A stretch of DNA of 48,141 nucleotides, taken from the IMG/VR virus record IMGVR_UViG_2675903658_000004, one strand, 5' to 3'. A program made the position numbers and the translations under genes. This document shows, one piece after another, positions 9,989 through 19,057 of this stretch; position 1 is the stretch's first letter; every line of letters begins with the position of its first letter. This DNA is from a virus. Taxonomy: Duplodnaviria; Heunggongvirae; Uroviricota; Caudoviricetes. The notes under the pieces are model-generated. The model made no database searches. It was not told the DNA's origin and saw only the letters and a program-made list of their open reading frames with translations.

Positions 9989-10570
9989 ATGAACAACTCA
10001 TGGTGGCAGGAACTAATGCATTTTTTCCTGCAAGGAATGACACTTAAACAGTTGATTCATATGCTAATCATCCTGATCATATTGATTATTGTTATGCCGG
10101 TAAGCGTAAAAGAATGGATAAACCTGCATAGTCCAGAAATCCTTCCTCATTACTGGATGTATTACATCCTGTTGTTTTGCGTTAGCTATGTGCTTAACGG
10201 CGTTGTTAATTCCGCTTATCACGCTGTGACTGAAAGAATTGAGGTATTCGCTGCTCAGAAGCGCAAATCTAAAGAAGAAAAATATGTGCAAGATTTGTTT
10301 GATTCGTTAACTCTTGGAGAAAGAGCGTATTTGGCATTCGCTGTAGCCGCTAATAACCAGCTACAAACGGAAAAGGGCGCTCATGAATCAATTTCATTGC
10401 TCAAAAAAGGACTCCTCGTTCGAAGGCCTCCTGCTGTTGGATATCCTGATACCGACCGTTTCGTTATCCCTGAAAGCTATAGACATGAGTGCTACATTAG
10501 GTTTGCCGGGAAGGCAGACAGCCTTATGGATGAACTTATCGCTCAGGATAAGCATGGCAAAAACAAGTAA
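9989..10570 (+). CDS. sieB: SieB superinfection exclusion protein
   Basis: 193-aa protein with an N-terminal hydrophobic segment, matching recalled lambda SieB; opposite strand to the pL operon as in lambda. Confidence 0.9.
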   Translation: MNNSWWQELMHFFLQGMTLKQLIHMLIILIILIIVMPVSVKEWINLHSPEILPHYWMYYILLFCVSYVLNGVVNSAYHAVTERIEVFAAQKRKSKEEKYVQDLFDSLTLGERAYLAFAVAANNQLQTEKGAHESISLLKKGLLVRRPPAVGYPDTDRFVIPESYRHECYIRFAGKADSLMDELIAQDKHGKNK

Positions 10571-10586
10571 TTAGCAAATGAATTTA

Positions 10587-10859
10587 TCATCTCGCCGTCA
10601 GTTGTTTTGATTTCCGGTAGCCTGCCGCGTAAAGAGCTACGTTCGGAAGACAAGTTGAACCTTCATATTTTCTGGTCAACGTTGTCAGAGTTATCACTTC
10701 TGCTCTCATTGCTGGTTTGAGCTTGCATTGCAAGACCACTCGTGAAGGGGTTGGCCTGTGTAGCTTGTCGGAGCTGATCGCCTCCTGACTTTGCAGATTT
10801 GCGCGACGAGCTCTACGGCGAGAAGCTGCGGTGCCTTTAAATTCTGTTTTTCTGGACAT
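10587..10859 (-). CDS. N: N-like transcription antitermination protein (non-lambda specificity type)
   Basis: Arg-rich N-terminus (TAASRRRARRANLQ) and a C-terminus ...CLPNVALYAAGYRKSKQLTAR recalled from H-19B/933W-type N; ATG at 10859 preceded by GGAGG; ORF track start at 10931 is probably too far upstream. Confidence 0.7.
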   Translation of the reverse strand: MSRKTEFKGTAASRRRARRANLQSQEAISSDKLHRPTPSRVVLQCKLKPAMRAEVITLTTLTRKYEGSTCLPNVALYAAGYRKSKQLTAR

Positions 10860-10971
10860 GGATTCCTCCCGAATAAACTTTGGCGATGCAATCTCGAAGC
10901 TCCTCCTGAGACGGTTGCTTCGGCATTGCATCCCACAGCTTATGTGGTTGGGTGATCTGGCTTTTCAGCCA

Positions 10972-11002
10972 CGTAGTCGAGAGTCGACGTTGTTTAAAGA
11001 GC
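10972..11002 (-). promoter_or_regulatory. putative nutL (boxA-like GCTCTTTAAACAA plus boxB-like hairpin)
   Basis: Minus-strand GCTCTTTAAACAA followed by a GTCGA/TCGAC hairpin and TACG; the same architecture recurs at nutR (13639..13666). Confidence 0.45.
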
Positions 11003-11019
11003 CTGCCAGTCTGTTCCAT

Positions 11020-11110
11020 TTGGCTTCCAGCGTCCTGCTGACGGTTAAATAGTACGATATGTACTTTACAAGATCAATACAATTTGTTGTAAGTTGGCGT
11101 GGTTTTTTAT
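11020..11110 (-). promoter_or_regulatory. probable oL/pL region
   Basis: Intergenic, AT-rich, upstream of N; contains the palindrome AGTACGATATGTACT (11051..11065) and TTACAA...TTGTAA inverted repeats; operators not resolved. Confidence 0.35.
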
Positions 11111-11270
11111 AACGCTTTGTATTTAATAGTGTTGTTTTTTAGCGTGGATGTATTGCCTCGGCGATGTAAGGAGAGATCAGAATTGCGTGGTTTAGTGGGT
11201 TGCATCTATTTATTTTTCAATAAATATAATTGGTTATGTGTTTTTAGGTGGGCGAACGTGAGGCAAAGAA

Positions 11271-11292
11271 AACCCGGCGCTGAGGCCGGGTT
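11271..11292 (-). terminator. rho-independent terminator ending the cI/rex-slot operon
   Basis: Perfect 8-bp stem AACCCGGC/GCCGGGTT with a 6-nt loop, followed on the minus strand by UUUUCUUUG (plus 11262..11270); lies 4 nt past the 250-aa ORF stop. Confidence 0.55.
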
Positions 11293-11295
11293 GTA

Positions 11296-12048
11296 TTATG
11301 CTGCAAGTCTCTTAACCCAAGTCTCTCTTTTGGAGAATGGTAGAACTTGGCTTGATTCATGGAAGAGTAAGGAGAGTTGTTGCATTTGATCACCAATTGC
11401 TTCGCTGTCTATAACAACAAATCTGTTGTTATACTCCTCACTTGAAGCTTTAAGATCAATTAGTTTCCCAAGCAATGAGTAAGCACTATTCCAGCTTCCT
11501 CCGTGTTTCACGCTTGATGTAAAAACGTATTTAGGTATGTCGGTTTTTATTGTTACAGGGACGGTAATTTGATGTCCACTCAAGCCATATACGTTTTCAC
11601 GAAGAGAAAGTGCGTCTCTAAGCTCTGTGTGATATAGATAATCAATAACCATACTTTCAAACTTTTCAGCTTGAACTGGCTGATACCAGTCTAACGACAA
11701 AGTTGATGCGAGTATACCAGCTCTAATTATGTTCGATGTAATCGCACCGACATCCTTTTCTGTTGCCCAAGCAATGATTTCTCCTCGAGCATTGAGTTCT
11801 GCGCCTTCTTTAAGCAGTAATTGTCGTATCTCATCAAGTCGTTTTTTGGTAAGCGAGATCCCTCTTGCCTCCATATTCATTAAGGCATCGCATCTGTCAC
11901 TAACTAAATACCTACCATTGACTTCACGGATAAAGGCACCGACATGCTCTCCATCATCACAGTAAGTGAATGGACTGATAATTCTCAAGGTCTTGCCTAT
12001 TGGATGGCATTCGAAACCTAGTTGTGAGATCACTGTTGAGCACATCAT
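11296..12048 (-). CDS. hypothetical protein, rex-slot gene 2 (250 aa), candidate defence/exclusion component
   Basis: ATG at 12048 overlaps the upstream stop in an ATGA arrangement; AT-rich; no recognisable motif; occupies the rexB position. Confidence 0.6.
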   Translation of the reverse strand: MMCSTVISQLGFECHPIGKTLRIISPFTYCDDGEHVGAFIREVNGRYLVSDRCDALMNMEARGISLTKKRLDEIRQLLLKEGAELNARGEIIAWATEKDVGAITSNIIRAGILASTLSLDWYQPVQAEKFESMVIDYLYHTELRDALSLRENVYGLSGHQITVPVTIKTDIPKYVFTSSVKHGGSWNSAYSLLGKLIDLKASSEEYNNRFVVIDSEAIGDQMQQLSLLFHESSQVLPFSKRETWVKRLAA

Positions 12049-12602
12049 ATTCCAAACCCCATTTGCCCCGACTCATCTTCAAGCGGTAAAGGTATTCTCC
12101 CAGAGTAAGTTATGTTCAGATGTTTACAGAAGTAATTCCAATACCCTACCAGGTCATCTGGGTTTATGTCATCTTCGATTGGAAACGCTATTCTATCACT
12201 ATAGTATCCAGCTTCTTCATAGTATACATGGTAGTGAGCACCGTAAATGATATCTTGGTACTTCGGATGATCGACCTTGTAACTATTCGTGTGTTTGTCA
12301 AAGTGATAGGTATCTACCGCGAAAACCCTCTTGTTATGATAGAAAGCAATAATATTTATTTTAGGGTAAGAAATCGGGTCATCAGGTTCTGAATCCTGAT
12401 CTGGTTTCCATTTCAGTTCAAACTTTAGCCCTTGTATAGGTATACAATCCTCATCCAAGGGGATGATATGGGCTTGTAGCCACATATCAGAGCGACTTGG
12501 TTTCTGTTTCCATTTAACGCCAGAAAAGTTAACTATTTTTTTACAATAAAGTACTTTATCAACTTCTACTTGGCTTGGCTGATAATCATCTATTTTTGCC
12601 AA
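12045..12602 (-). CDS. hypothetical protein, rex-slot gene 1 (185 aa), candidate defence/exclusion component
   Basis: Begins 39 nt downstream of the cI stop, same strand; annotated start is TTG (non-ATG), so the true start is uncertain; Tyr/His/Asp-rich, no TM segment seen. Confidence 0.55.
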   Translation of the reverse strand: MAKIDDYQPSQVEVDKVLYCKKIVNFSGVKWKQKPSRSDMWLQAHIIPLDEDCIPIQGLKFELKWKPDQDSEPDDPISYPKINIIAFYHNKRVFAVDTYHFDKHTNSYKVDHPKYQDIIYGAHYHVYYEEAGYYSDRIAFPIEDDINPDDLVGYWNYFCKHLNITYSGRIPLPLEDESGQMGFGI

Positions 12603-12641
12603 TGTTTACCGCCCTGTAAATTGTAGATAAAAGTGGTTTCA

Positions 12642-13301
12642 TCACCCAAACGTCTCTTCAGGCCATTGGCTGGCGATAACTTTCCCCACAACGGAACAAC
12701 TCTCATTGCATGGGATCATTGGGTATTGTGGGTTTAGTGGCTGTAGAAACACCTGACCGCTATCCCTGATCAGTTTCTTGAAGGTAAATTCATCACCACC
12801 AAGTCTGGCTATGCAGAAATCGCCGGGCTCAACAGCTTGCTCAGGGTCAACCAGAATTAACATCCCGTCAGGAAAGCTGGGTTTGGAACCTGTTGGTGCG
12901 GTCATTGAGTTACCTTCAACCTCAAGCCAGAATGCAGAGTCACTGGCTTTTTTGGTTGTGCTTACCAATCTCTCCGCATCGCCTTTGGTAAAGGTTCTGA
13001 GTTCTGGAGAGAACATCCCAGCCTGAACATGAGAAAAAACAGGGTACTCATATTGTTTTTTAACTGGGGCCGATGAGTATTCGCCAACAGGTGAAAATGT
13101 CCCGTCGTGGTTGAATGATATGTTATCAATACCAAGGTATTTAAACACCACACCAATATCACTAAGAGATGGATGACGAGATCCGCGCAACCAGTGTCCA
13201 ATCCCACCCTGCGTCATACCTAGCTCTTCGGCTAACTTCTCTTGAGTTATGCCGAGCTCTTTCATTCTGGATCTAGCCAGTTCATACCATTTCATTTTCA
13301 T
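12642..13301 (-). CDS. cI: CI-type prophage repressor (HTH plus S24/LexA-like autocleavage domain)
   Basis: N-terminal HTH ([22 protein letters not shown]), C-terminal GNSM...K motifs of S24 peptidases; divergent from cro across an operator region; start taken at an internal ATG. Confidence 0.85.
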   Translation of the reverse strand: MKMKWYELARSRMKELGITQEKLAEELGMTQGGIGHWLRGSRHPSLSDIGVVFKYLGIDNISFNHDGTFSPVGEYSSAPVKKQYEYPVFSHVQAGMFSPELRTFTKGDAERLVSTTKKASDSAFWLEVEGNSMTAPTGSKPSFPDGMLILVDPEQAVEPGDFCIARLGGDEFTFKKLIRDSGQVFLQPLNPQYPMIPCNESCSVVGKVIASQWPEETFG

Positions 13302-13412
13302 GTCCTTATTATTACGCTCTGTACTGGAACCATCCATGCACAATGTGTATTTTTACTTGTATTCGCAAAGTACATATTGTATTTTTTTATTCGTGTTTAC
13401 TATGGAGGGCAT
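13302..13412. promoter_or_regulatory. oR/pRM/pR divergent promoter-operator region
   Basis: About 110-bp AT-rich intergenic region between divergent cI and cro; contains TACTTGTATTCGCAAAGTA-type partial inverted repeats; GGAGGG precedes the cro ATG. Confidence 0.5.
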
Positions 13413-13628
13413 ATGAGCAACCTACGAAAATATCGAGAGTCACTGAATATCTCTCAAACAACACTTGCTAAGGCAGTTGGATGCACACAGGGAGCTATCG
13501 GACATTGGGAATCTGGTCGTCGCTTCCCAGACCTTAAAACATGCCGTGCTCTTGTTGCGTGCCTAAACAAGTTAGGCGCAAAAGTCAGTCTTGATGACGT
13601 GTTCCCGCCGGAACACAAAGCCGCTTAA
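13413..13628 (+). CDS. cro: Cro-like HTH repressor
   Basis: 71-aa product from the internal ATG at 13413 (ORF track start 13242 is too far upstream); HTH QTTLAKAVGCTQGAIGHWESG. Confidence 0.8.
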   Translation: MSNLRKYRESLNISQTTLAKAVGCTQGAIGHWESGRRFPDLKTCRALVACLNKLGAKVSLDDVFPPEHKAA

Positions 13629-13638
13629 TAAGCGGATC

Positions 13639-13666
13639 CGCTCTTTGTAACAACGGACATTCGTCC
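13639..13666 (+). promoter_or_regulatory. putative nutR (boxA-like CGCTCTTTGTAACAA plus boxB-like hairpin GGACATTCGTCC)
   Basis: Located just downstream of cro; shares boxA + hairpin + TACG architecture with the nutL candidate. Confidence 0.45.
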
Positions 13667-13769
13667 TACGTCGCTGAAAAGCGAGTTCCAAGATATCTGA
13701 CCAACTAAGGCCATATGCGTTTCCACGCATACCTTTCAACTAACTATTCACTATTGGAAATCTTAAGAA

Positions 13770-14066
13770 ATGGAAAGAACAAGTTACAGCAAACTATCAC
13801 AGCGTGACGTTGATCGCGCAGAAACAGATTTACTTATCAATCTGTCAGCTATTACCCAGCGCGGTCTGGCAAAGATGATTGGCTGTCATGAATCGAAGAT
13901 AAGCAGAACGGACTGGAGATTTATTGCTTCGGTCTTGTGTGCTTTCGGAATGGCATCAGACATCAGTCCGATTAGCAGGGCTTTTAAGTATGCGCTTGAT
14001 GGACTCACCAATAAAAAACGCCCGGCGGCAACCGAGCGTTCTGAACAAATCCAGATGGAATTCTGA
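13770..14066 (+). CDS. cII: CII transcriptional activator
   Basis: C-terminus ...TNKKRPAATERSEQIQMEF matches lambda CII. Confidence 0.9.
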   Translation: MERTSYSKLSQRDVDRAETDLLINLSAITQRGLAKMIGCHESKISRTDWRFIASVLCAFGMASDISPISRAFKYALDGLTNKKRPAATERSEQIQMEF

Positions 14067-14088
14067 GGTCATTACTGGATCAATCCAC
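14012..14088 (-). ncRNA. oop: oop antisense RNA (putative)
   Basis: Minus-strand sequence matches recalled lambda OOP RNA, including the terminator GCCGCCGGGCG followed by UUUUUUAUU; antisense to the cII 3' end. Confidence 0.5.
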
Positions 14089-14446
14089 AGGAGTCATTAT
14101 GACAAATACAGCAAAAATACTCAACTTCTGCAGAGGTAACTTTGCCAAACAGGAGCGTAATGTGGCAGATCTCGATGATGGTTACGCCAGACTATCAAAT
14201 ATGCTGCTTGAGGCTTATTCAGGCGCAGATCTGACCAAGCGACAGTTTAAAGTGCTGCTTGCCATTCTGCGTAAAACCTATGGATGGAATAAACCAATGG
14301 ACAGAATCACCGATTCTCAACTTAGCGAGATTACAAAGTTACCCGTCAAACGGTGCAATGAAGCCAAGTTAGAACTCGTCAGAATGAATATTATCAAGCA
14401 GCAAGGCGGCATGTTTGGACCAAATAAAAACATCTCAGAATGGTGT

Positions 14447-14580
14447 ATCCCTCAAAACGAGGGAAAATCCCCTAAAACGAGGGATAAAACATCCCTCAAA
14501 TTGGGGGATTGCTATCCCTCAAAACAGGGGGACACAAAAGACACTATTACAAAAGAAAAAAGAAAAGATTATTCGTCAGA
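14447..14580. other. ori-lambda: four iterons (ATCCCTCAAAACGAGGGA-type) plus adjacent AT-rich segment
   Basis: Four tandem 18/19-bp iterons at about 14447-14531 followed by an A-rich stretch, inside the O coding region as in lambda. Confidence 0.8.
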
Positions 14581-14727
14581 GAATTCTGGCGAATCCTCTG
14601 ACCAGCCAGAAAACGACCTTTCTGTGGTGAAACCGGATGCTGCAATTCAGAGCGGCAGCAAGTGGGGGACAGCAGAAGACCTGACTGAACCGCCCCGGGT
14701 TTCCTGGAGAGTGTTTTATCTGTGAAC

Positions 14728-15618
14728 TCAGGCTGCCAGATCATCGTTTCCGATGGAAGCATAATAAGCTTTTTCTGCTTCTGCCGGAGGAGTATGGCCC
14801 AGCCTTTCCAGCAATCGTCGATTGTTATACCAGTCCACCCACGTGAGTGTGGCCAGTTCCACTTCTGCACGGTTTTTCCAGCTCTTACGGTGTATTACCT
14901 CCGCTTTGTAAAGACCATTGATGCTCTCCGCCATCGCGTTGTCATACGAGTCGCCTGTACTTCCTGTTGATGCCAGTAATCCGGCTTCCTTAAGCCGCTG
15001 TGTGTAGGCCAGCGATACATACTGAGAACCTTTATCACTGTGATGGACCGTGCCGGACGGTCGACGGGCCCATAACGCCTGCTCCAGTGCATCCAGCACG
15101 AATGTCGTTTCCATGGACGATGAGACCCGCCACCCCACGATGTATCCGGCAAACACATCAATGATGAACGCCACATAGACGAAGCCCCGCCATGTGCTGA
15201 CGTAAGTAAAATCAGCCACCCACAGCTGGTCAGGTCGTTCTGCCACGAACTGACGGTTTACGCGGTCGCCTGCGGCAACGGCTTTCCGGCTGATGGTCGT
15301 ACGGACCTTTTTACCCCGGAGAACACCGGCAAGTCCCATAACCGCCATGAGACGTGCCACAGTGCATCTGGCCACTCTGATACCTTCCCGTAACAACTGA
15401 CGCCAGACTTTACGCACACCGTATACCTTGTGATTTTCATCGTATACGCGCTGTATCTCTTTCTTCAGCCAGTCATCGCGCTGCGCACGGGCACTGCGTT
15501 TATCCGGATGATGTCGCTGTTGCTGACAGTGGTAATACGTTGACGGGGCAATATGCAGTTCGCTGCATAGCGGTCCGACCCCGTACTGCTCACGCAGCTT
15601 ATCCAGCAGTGGCATCAT
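14728..15618 (-). CDS. IS629 OrfB transposase
   Basis: Protein identical to copy 1 OrfB. Confidence 0.9.
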   Translation of the reverse strand: MMPLLDKLREQYGVGPLCSELHIAPSTYYHCQQQRHHPDKRSARAQRDDWLKKEIQRVYDENHKVYGVRKVWRQLLREGIRVARCTVARLMAVMGLAGVLRGKKVRTTISRKAVAAGDRVNRQFVAERPDQLWVADFTYVSTWRGFVYVAFIIDVFAGYIVGWRVSSSMETTFVLDALEQALWARRPSGTVHHSDKGSQYVSLAYTQRLKEAGLLASTGSTGDSYDNAMAESINGLYKAEVIHRKSWKNRAEVELATLTWVDWYNNRRLLERLGHTPPAEAEKAYYASIGNDDLAA

Positions 15619-15941
15619 TTTTTCCAGAGGCGGTCGAACTCCGCCTTCGCAAAATAAGCGGAAGCCTGGCGAAGGATATCGTTACTGCAGCGCAGTTCAC
15701 GATTTTCACGTTCCAGCTCTTTCAGACGCTGACGTTCAGCGGTGGTGAGCCCTCCATCACCGCCCCCGGTATCCCGCTCATGCTGGCGAACCCAGACACG
15801 CAGAGTCTCCGGCGTACAGCCAATCTTTGGAGCAATGGAACAAATTGTCGCCCATTGTGAGTCATATTCGCTCTGACTTTCCAGAACCATACGGACTGCC
15901 CGTTGACGGACTTCGGGGGAAAAACGAGTATTTTTAGTCAT
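15615..15941 (-). CDS. IS629 OrfA
   Basis: Protein identical to copy 1 OrfA. Confidence 0.9.
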   Translation of the reverse strand: MTKNTRFSPEVRQRAVRMVLESQSEYDSQWATICSIAPKIGCTPETLRVWVRQHERDTGGGDGGLTTAERQRLKELERENRELRCSNDILRQASAYFAKAEFDRLWKK

Positions 15942-16307
15942 CCTGTTTACCTCTTTCTCAGGAAGTTTAGTCTCCAGGATTCCCGGGGCGGTTCAGACCG
16001 CCGCAGAATGGATGTTTGACATGGTGAAGACCATCGCGCCATCAGCCAGAAAACCGAATTTTGCAGGGTGGGCTAACGATATCCGCCTGATGCGTGAACG
16101 TGACGGACGTAACCATCGCGACATGTGTGTACTGTTCCGCTGGGCATGCCAGGACAACTTCTGGTCCGGTAACGTGCTGAGCCCGGCCAAACTCCGCGAC
16201 AAGTGGACCCAGCTCGAAATCAACCGTAACAAGCAACAGGCAGGTGTGACAGCCTGCAAACCAAAACTCGACCTGACAAACACTGACTGGATTTACGGGG
16301 TGGATTT

Positions 16308-17009
16308 ATGAAAAACATCGCCGCACAGATGGTTAATTTTGACCGTGAGCAGATGCGTCGGATCGCCAACAACATGCCGGAACAGTACGACGAAAAGCCG
16401 CAGGTACAGCAGGTAGCGCAGATCATCAACGGTGTGTTCAGCCAGTTACTGGCAACTTTCCCGGCGAGTCTGGCTAACCGTGACCAGAACGAACTGAACG
16501 AAATCCGCCGCCAGTGGGTTCTGGCTTTCCGGGAAAACGGGATCACCACAATGGAACAGGTTAACGCAGGAATGCGCGTAGCCCGTCGGCAGAATCGACC
16601 ATTTCTGCCATCACCCGGGCAGTTTGTTGCATGGTGCCGGGAAGAAGCATCCGTTATCGCCGGACTGCCAAACGTCAGCGAGCTGGTTGATATGGTTTAC
16701 GAGTATTGCCGGAAGCGAGGCCTGTATCCGGATGCAGAGTCTTATCCGTGGAAATCGAACGCGCACTACTGGCTGGTTACCAACCTGTACCAGAACATGC
16801 GGGCCAATGCGCTGACTGACGCGGAATTACGACGCAAGGCTGCCGATGAACTGACCTGTATGACAGCGCGAATTAACCGTGGTGAGACGATACCTGAACC
16901 AGTAAAACAACTTCCTGTCATGGGCGGCAGACCTCTAAATCGTGTTCAGGCGCTGGCGAAGATCGCAGAAATTAAAGCTAAGTTAGGACTGAAAGGAGCA
17001 AGTGTATGA
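16308..17009 (+). CDS. P: replication protein P (DnaB helicase loader)
   Basis: 233-aa protein matching recalled lambda P. Confidence 0.95.
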   Translation: MKNIAAQMVNFDREQMRRIANNMPEQYDEKPQVQQVAQIINGVFSQLLATFPASLANRDQNELNEIRRQWVLAFRENGITTMEQVNAGMRVARRQNRPFLPSPGQFVAWCREEASVIAGLPNVSELVDMVYEYCRKRGLYPDAESYPWKSNAHYWLVTNLYQNMRANALTDAELRRKAADELTCMTARINRGETIPEPVKQLPVMGGRPLNRVQALAKIAEIKAKLGLKGASV

Positions 17010-17296
17010 CGGGCAAAGAGGCAATTATTCATTACCTGGGGACGCATAATAGCTTCTGTGCGCCGGACGTTGCCGCGCTAACAGGCGCAACAGTAACCAG
17101 CATAAATCAGGCCGCGGCTAAAATGGCACGGGCAGGTCTTCTGGTTATCGAAGGTAAGGTCTGGCGAACGGTGTATTACCGGTTTGCTACCAAGGAAGAA
17201 CGGGAAGGAAAGATGAGCACGAACCTGATTTTTAAGGAGTGTCGCCAGAGTGCCACGATGAAACGGATATTGGCGGTATATGGAGTTAAAAGATGA
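17006..17296 (+). CDS. ren: Ren exclusion protein
   Basis: 96-aa protein matching recalled lambda Ren. Confidence 0.85.
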   Translation: MTGKEAIIHYLGTHNSFCAPDVAALTGATVTSINQAAAKMARAGLLVIEGKVWRTVYYRFATKEEREGKMSTNLIFKECRQSATMKRILAVYGVKR

Positions 17297-17369
17297 CCAT
17301 CTACATCACTGAGCTAATAACAGGCCTGCAGGTAATCGCAGGCCTTTTTATTTGGGGGAGAGGGAAGTC

Positions 17370-17810
17370 ATGAAAAAACTAACCTTTGAAATTCGATCTC
17401 CGGCACATCAGCAAAACGCTATTCACGCAGTACAGCAAATCCTTCCAGACCCAACCAAACCAATCGTAGTAACCATTCAGGAACGCAACCGCAGCTTAGA
17501 CCAAAACAGGAAGCTATGGGCCTGCTTAGGTGACGTCTCTCGTCAGGTTGAATGGCATGGTCGCTGGCTGGATGCAGAAAGCTGGAAGTGTGTGTTTACC
17601 GCAGCATTAAAGCAGCAGGATGTTGTTCCTAACCTTGCCGGGAATGGCTTTGTGGTAATAGGCCAGTCAACCAGCAGGATGCGTGTAAGCGAATTTGCGG
17701 AGCTATTAGAGCTTATACAGGCATTCGGTACAGAGCGTGGCGTTAAGTGGTCAGACGAAGCGCGACTGGCTCTCGAATGGAAAGCGCGATGGGGAGATCG
17801 GGCTGCATGA
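17370..17810 (+). CDS. ninB: NinB (Orf family recombination mediator)
   Basis: MKKLTFEIRSPAHQQNAIHAVQQILPDP... matches lambda NinB; ATG at 17370. Confidence 0.9.
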   Translation: MKKLTFEIRSPAHQQNAIHAVQQILPDPTKPIVVTIQERNRSLDQNRKLWACLGDVSRQVEWHGRWLDAESWKCVFTAALKQQDVVPNLAGNGFVVIGQSTSRMRVSEFAELLELIQAFGTERGVKWSDEARLALEWKARWGDRAA

Positions 17811-18334
17811 CTATCAAATCAAATACGCCAGCACACGACAAGGACTGCTGGCAAACGCCGCTTTGGCTTTTTGATGCACTGGATATTGAGTTTGGATTCT
17901 GGCTGGATTCGGCAGCGAGCGACAAAAATGCTCTGTGCGCTCACTGGCTAACTGAGGACGACGACGCGCTCAATTCTGAGTGGGTAAGCCACGGTGCAAT
18001 CTGGAATAACCCACCGTACAGCAATATCAGGCCGTGGGTGGAAAAAGCCGCTGAGCAGTGTATACAACAGCGACAGACGGTAGTGATGCTTGTGCCAGAG
18101 GATATGTCTGTCGGATGGTTCAGCAAGGCTCTGGAGAGTGTTGACGAAGTTCGTATTATCACTGATGGACGGATTAATTTTATCGAACCATCGACAGGGC
18201 TGGAGAAGAAGGGAAACAGCAAAGGCTCCATGCTGCTGATTTGGCGACCGTTCATCAGTCCTCGACGGATGTTTACTACCGTATCCAAAGCGGCATTGAT
18301 GGCGATCGGGCAGGGCGTCAGGAGGGCTGCATGA
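17807..18334 (+). CDS. phage DNA N6-adenine methyltransferase
   Basis: NPPY motif ([10 protein letters not shown]) typical of N6-adenine methyltransferases; ATGA overlap with the ninB stop. Confidence 0.75.
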   Translation: MTIKSNTPAHDKDCWQTPLWLFDALDIEFGFWLDSAASDKNALCAHWLTEDDDALNSEWVSHGAIWNNPPYSNIRPWVEKAAEQCIQQRQTVVMLVPEDMSVGWFSKALESVDEVRIITDGRINFIEPSTGLEKKGNSKGSMLLIWRPFISPRRMFTTVSKAALMAIGQGVRRAA

Positions 18335-18507
18335 GACGACAGCGACGAAGCATCACCGACATAATCTGCGAAAACTGCAAATACCTTCCAACGAAACGCT
18401 CCAGAAATAAACGCAAGCTAATCCCAAAAGAATCTGACGTAAAAACCTTCAATTACACAGCCCACCTGTGGGATATCCGGTGGCTAAGATATCGTGCGAG
18501 GAAATGA
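18331..18507 (+). CDS. ninE: NinE
   Basis: [29 protein letters not shown]... matches lambda NinE; internal start of ORF 18241..18507. Confidence 0.8.
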   Translation: MRRQRRSITDIICENCKYLPTKRSRNKRKLIPKESDVKTFNYTAHLWDIRWLRYRARK

Positions 18508-18851
18508 CAATGGATTATTCACAGTTAAGTGATTTTGAAATTAACAGAATGGTAGGAGACATAATTTTTAAAGGCCTTTGGGCAAGTAAACCGGAAACAT
18601 CAGGGAATAACACCAACAAATGGTATTACGGAAATGCTGATACAACTTTTGAGCCATTAAATCATTTGCCTGACTACTGCAATGATCCGAGCGCTTCATG
18701 GCCGATTATTGAGAAATACAGGATTTCTATCTTAGACCAGTTAACTGAATGGTGTGTGGATGCAAAAGGCGTAAGCCCAATATTTGATACCAGACCTCTC
18801 CGCGCCGCCATGATTGTCTTTCTCCTGATGCAGGAGGCCAATAATGCTTAG
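18504..18851 (+). CDS. hypothetical nin-region protein
   Basis: ORF 18468..18851 trimmed to the ATG overlapping the ninE stop. Confidence 0.45.
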   Translation: MTMDYSQLSDFEINRMVGDIIFKGLWASKPETSGNNTNKWYYGNADTTFEPLNHLPDYCNDPSASWPIIEKYRISILDQLTEWCVDAKGVSPIFDTRPLRAAMIVFLLMQEANNA

Positions 18852-19038
18852 CCCATCTCAATCCCTTCAATACCTGAAAGAAAGCATAGAGCGGGCTTCA
18901 ATGTGCACAGAGTGGATTCTATCTAGGTTTAGCGCATACAGAAGATTGCCGGTAAAGGGCATGCCAAGCAAGTCGATGCTGCATATGCAAAAGAATGCGC
19001 GCTGGAAGGTATGGCGAGAACACAGGTTATGTGGCTGA
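18844..19038 (+). CDS. NinF-like small protein (divergent)
   Basis: N-terminus [10 protein letters not shown] resembles recalled lambda NinF, remainder diverges. Confidence 0.4.
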   Translation: MLSPSQSLQYLKESIERASMCTEWILSRFSAYRRLPVKGMPSKSMLHMQKNARWKVWREHRLCG

Positions 19039-19057
19039 AAGAGGGGGTTATTAAGGC

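Larger units (their letters stand above)
14686..15995 (-). mobile_element. IS629 (IS3 family), copy 2, inverted relative to copies 1 and 3
   Basis: 1310 bp; proteins identical to copy 1; 3-bp direct repeat GAC on both flanks. Confidence 0.95.
14099..16311 (+). pseudogene. O: replication initiator O, interrupted by IS629 copy 2
   Basis: N-terminal 195 codons match lambda O up to ...GTAEDL; C-terminal part resumes after the IS (MFDMVKTIAPSARKPNFAGW...); IS flanked by 3-bp repeat GAC. Confidence 0.9.

Noticed and set aside
11296-12602. Rex-slot genes as RexA/RexB, or as a eukaryotic-like Ser/Thr kinase like the one I recall in this slot of phage 933W
   Set aside because: No resemblance to recalled RexA; neither protein has the multiple TM segments of RexB; no kinase glycine loop, HRD or DFG motifs seen by eye. 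Left as unknown.
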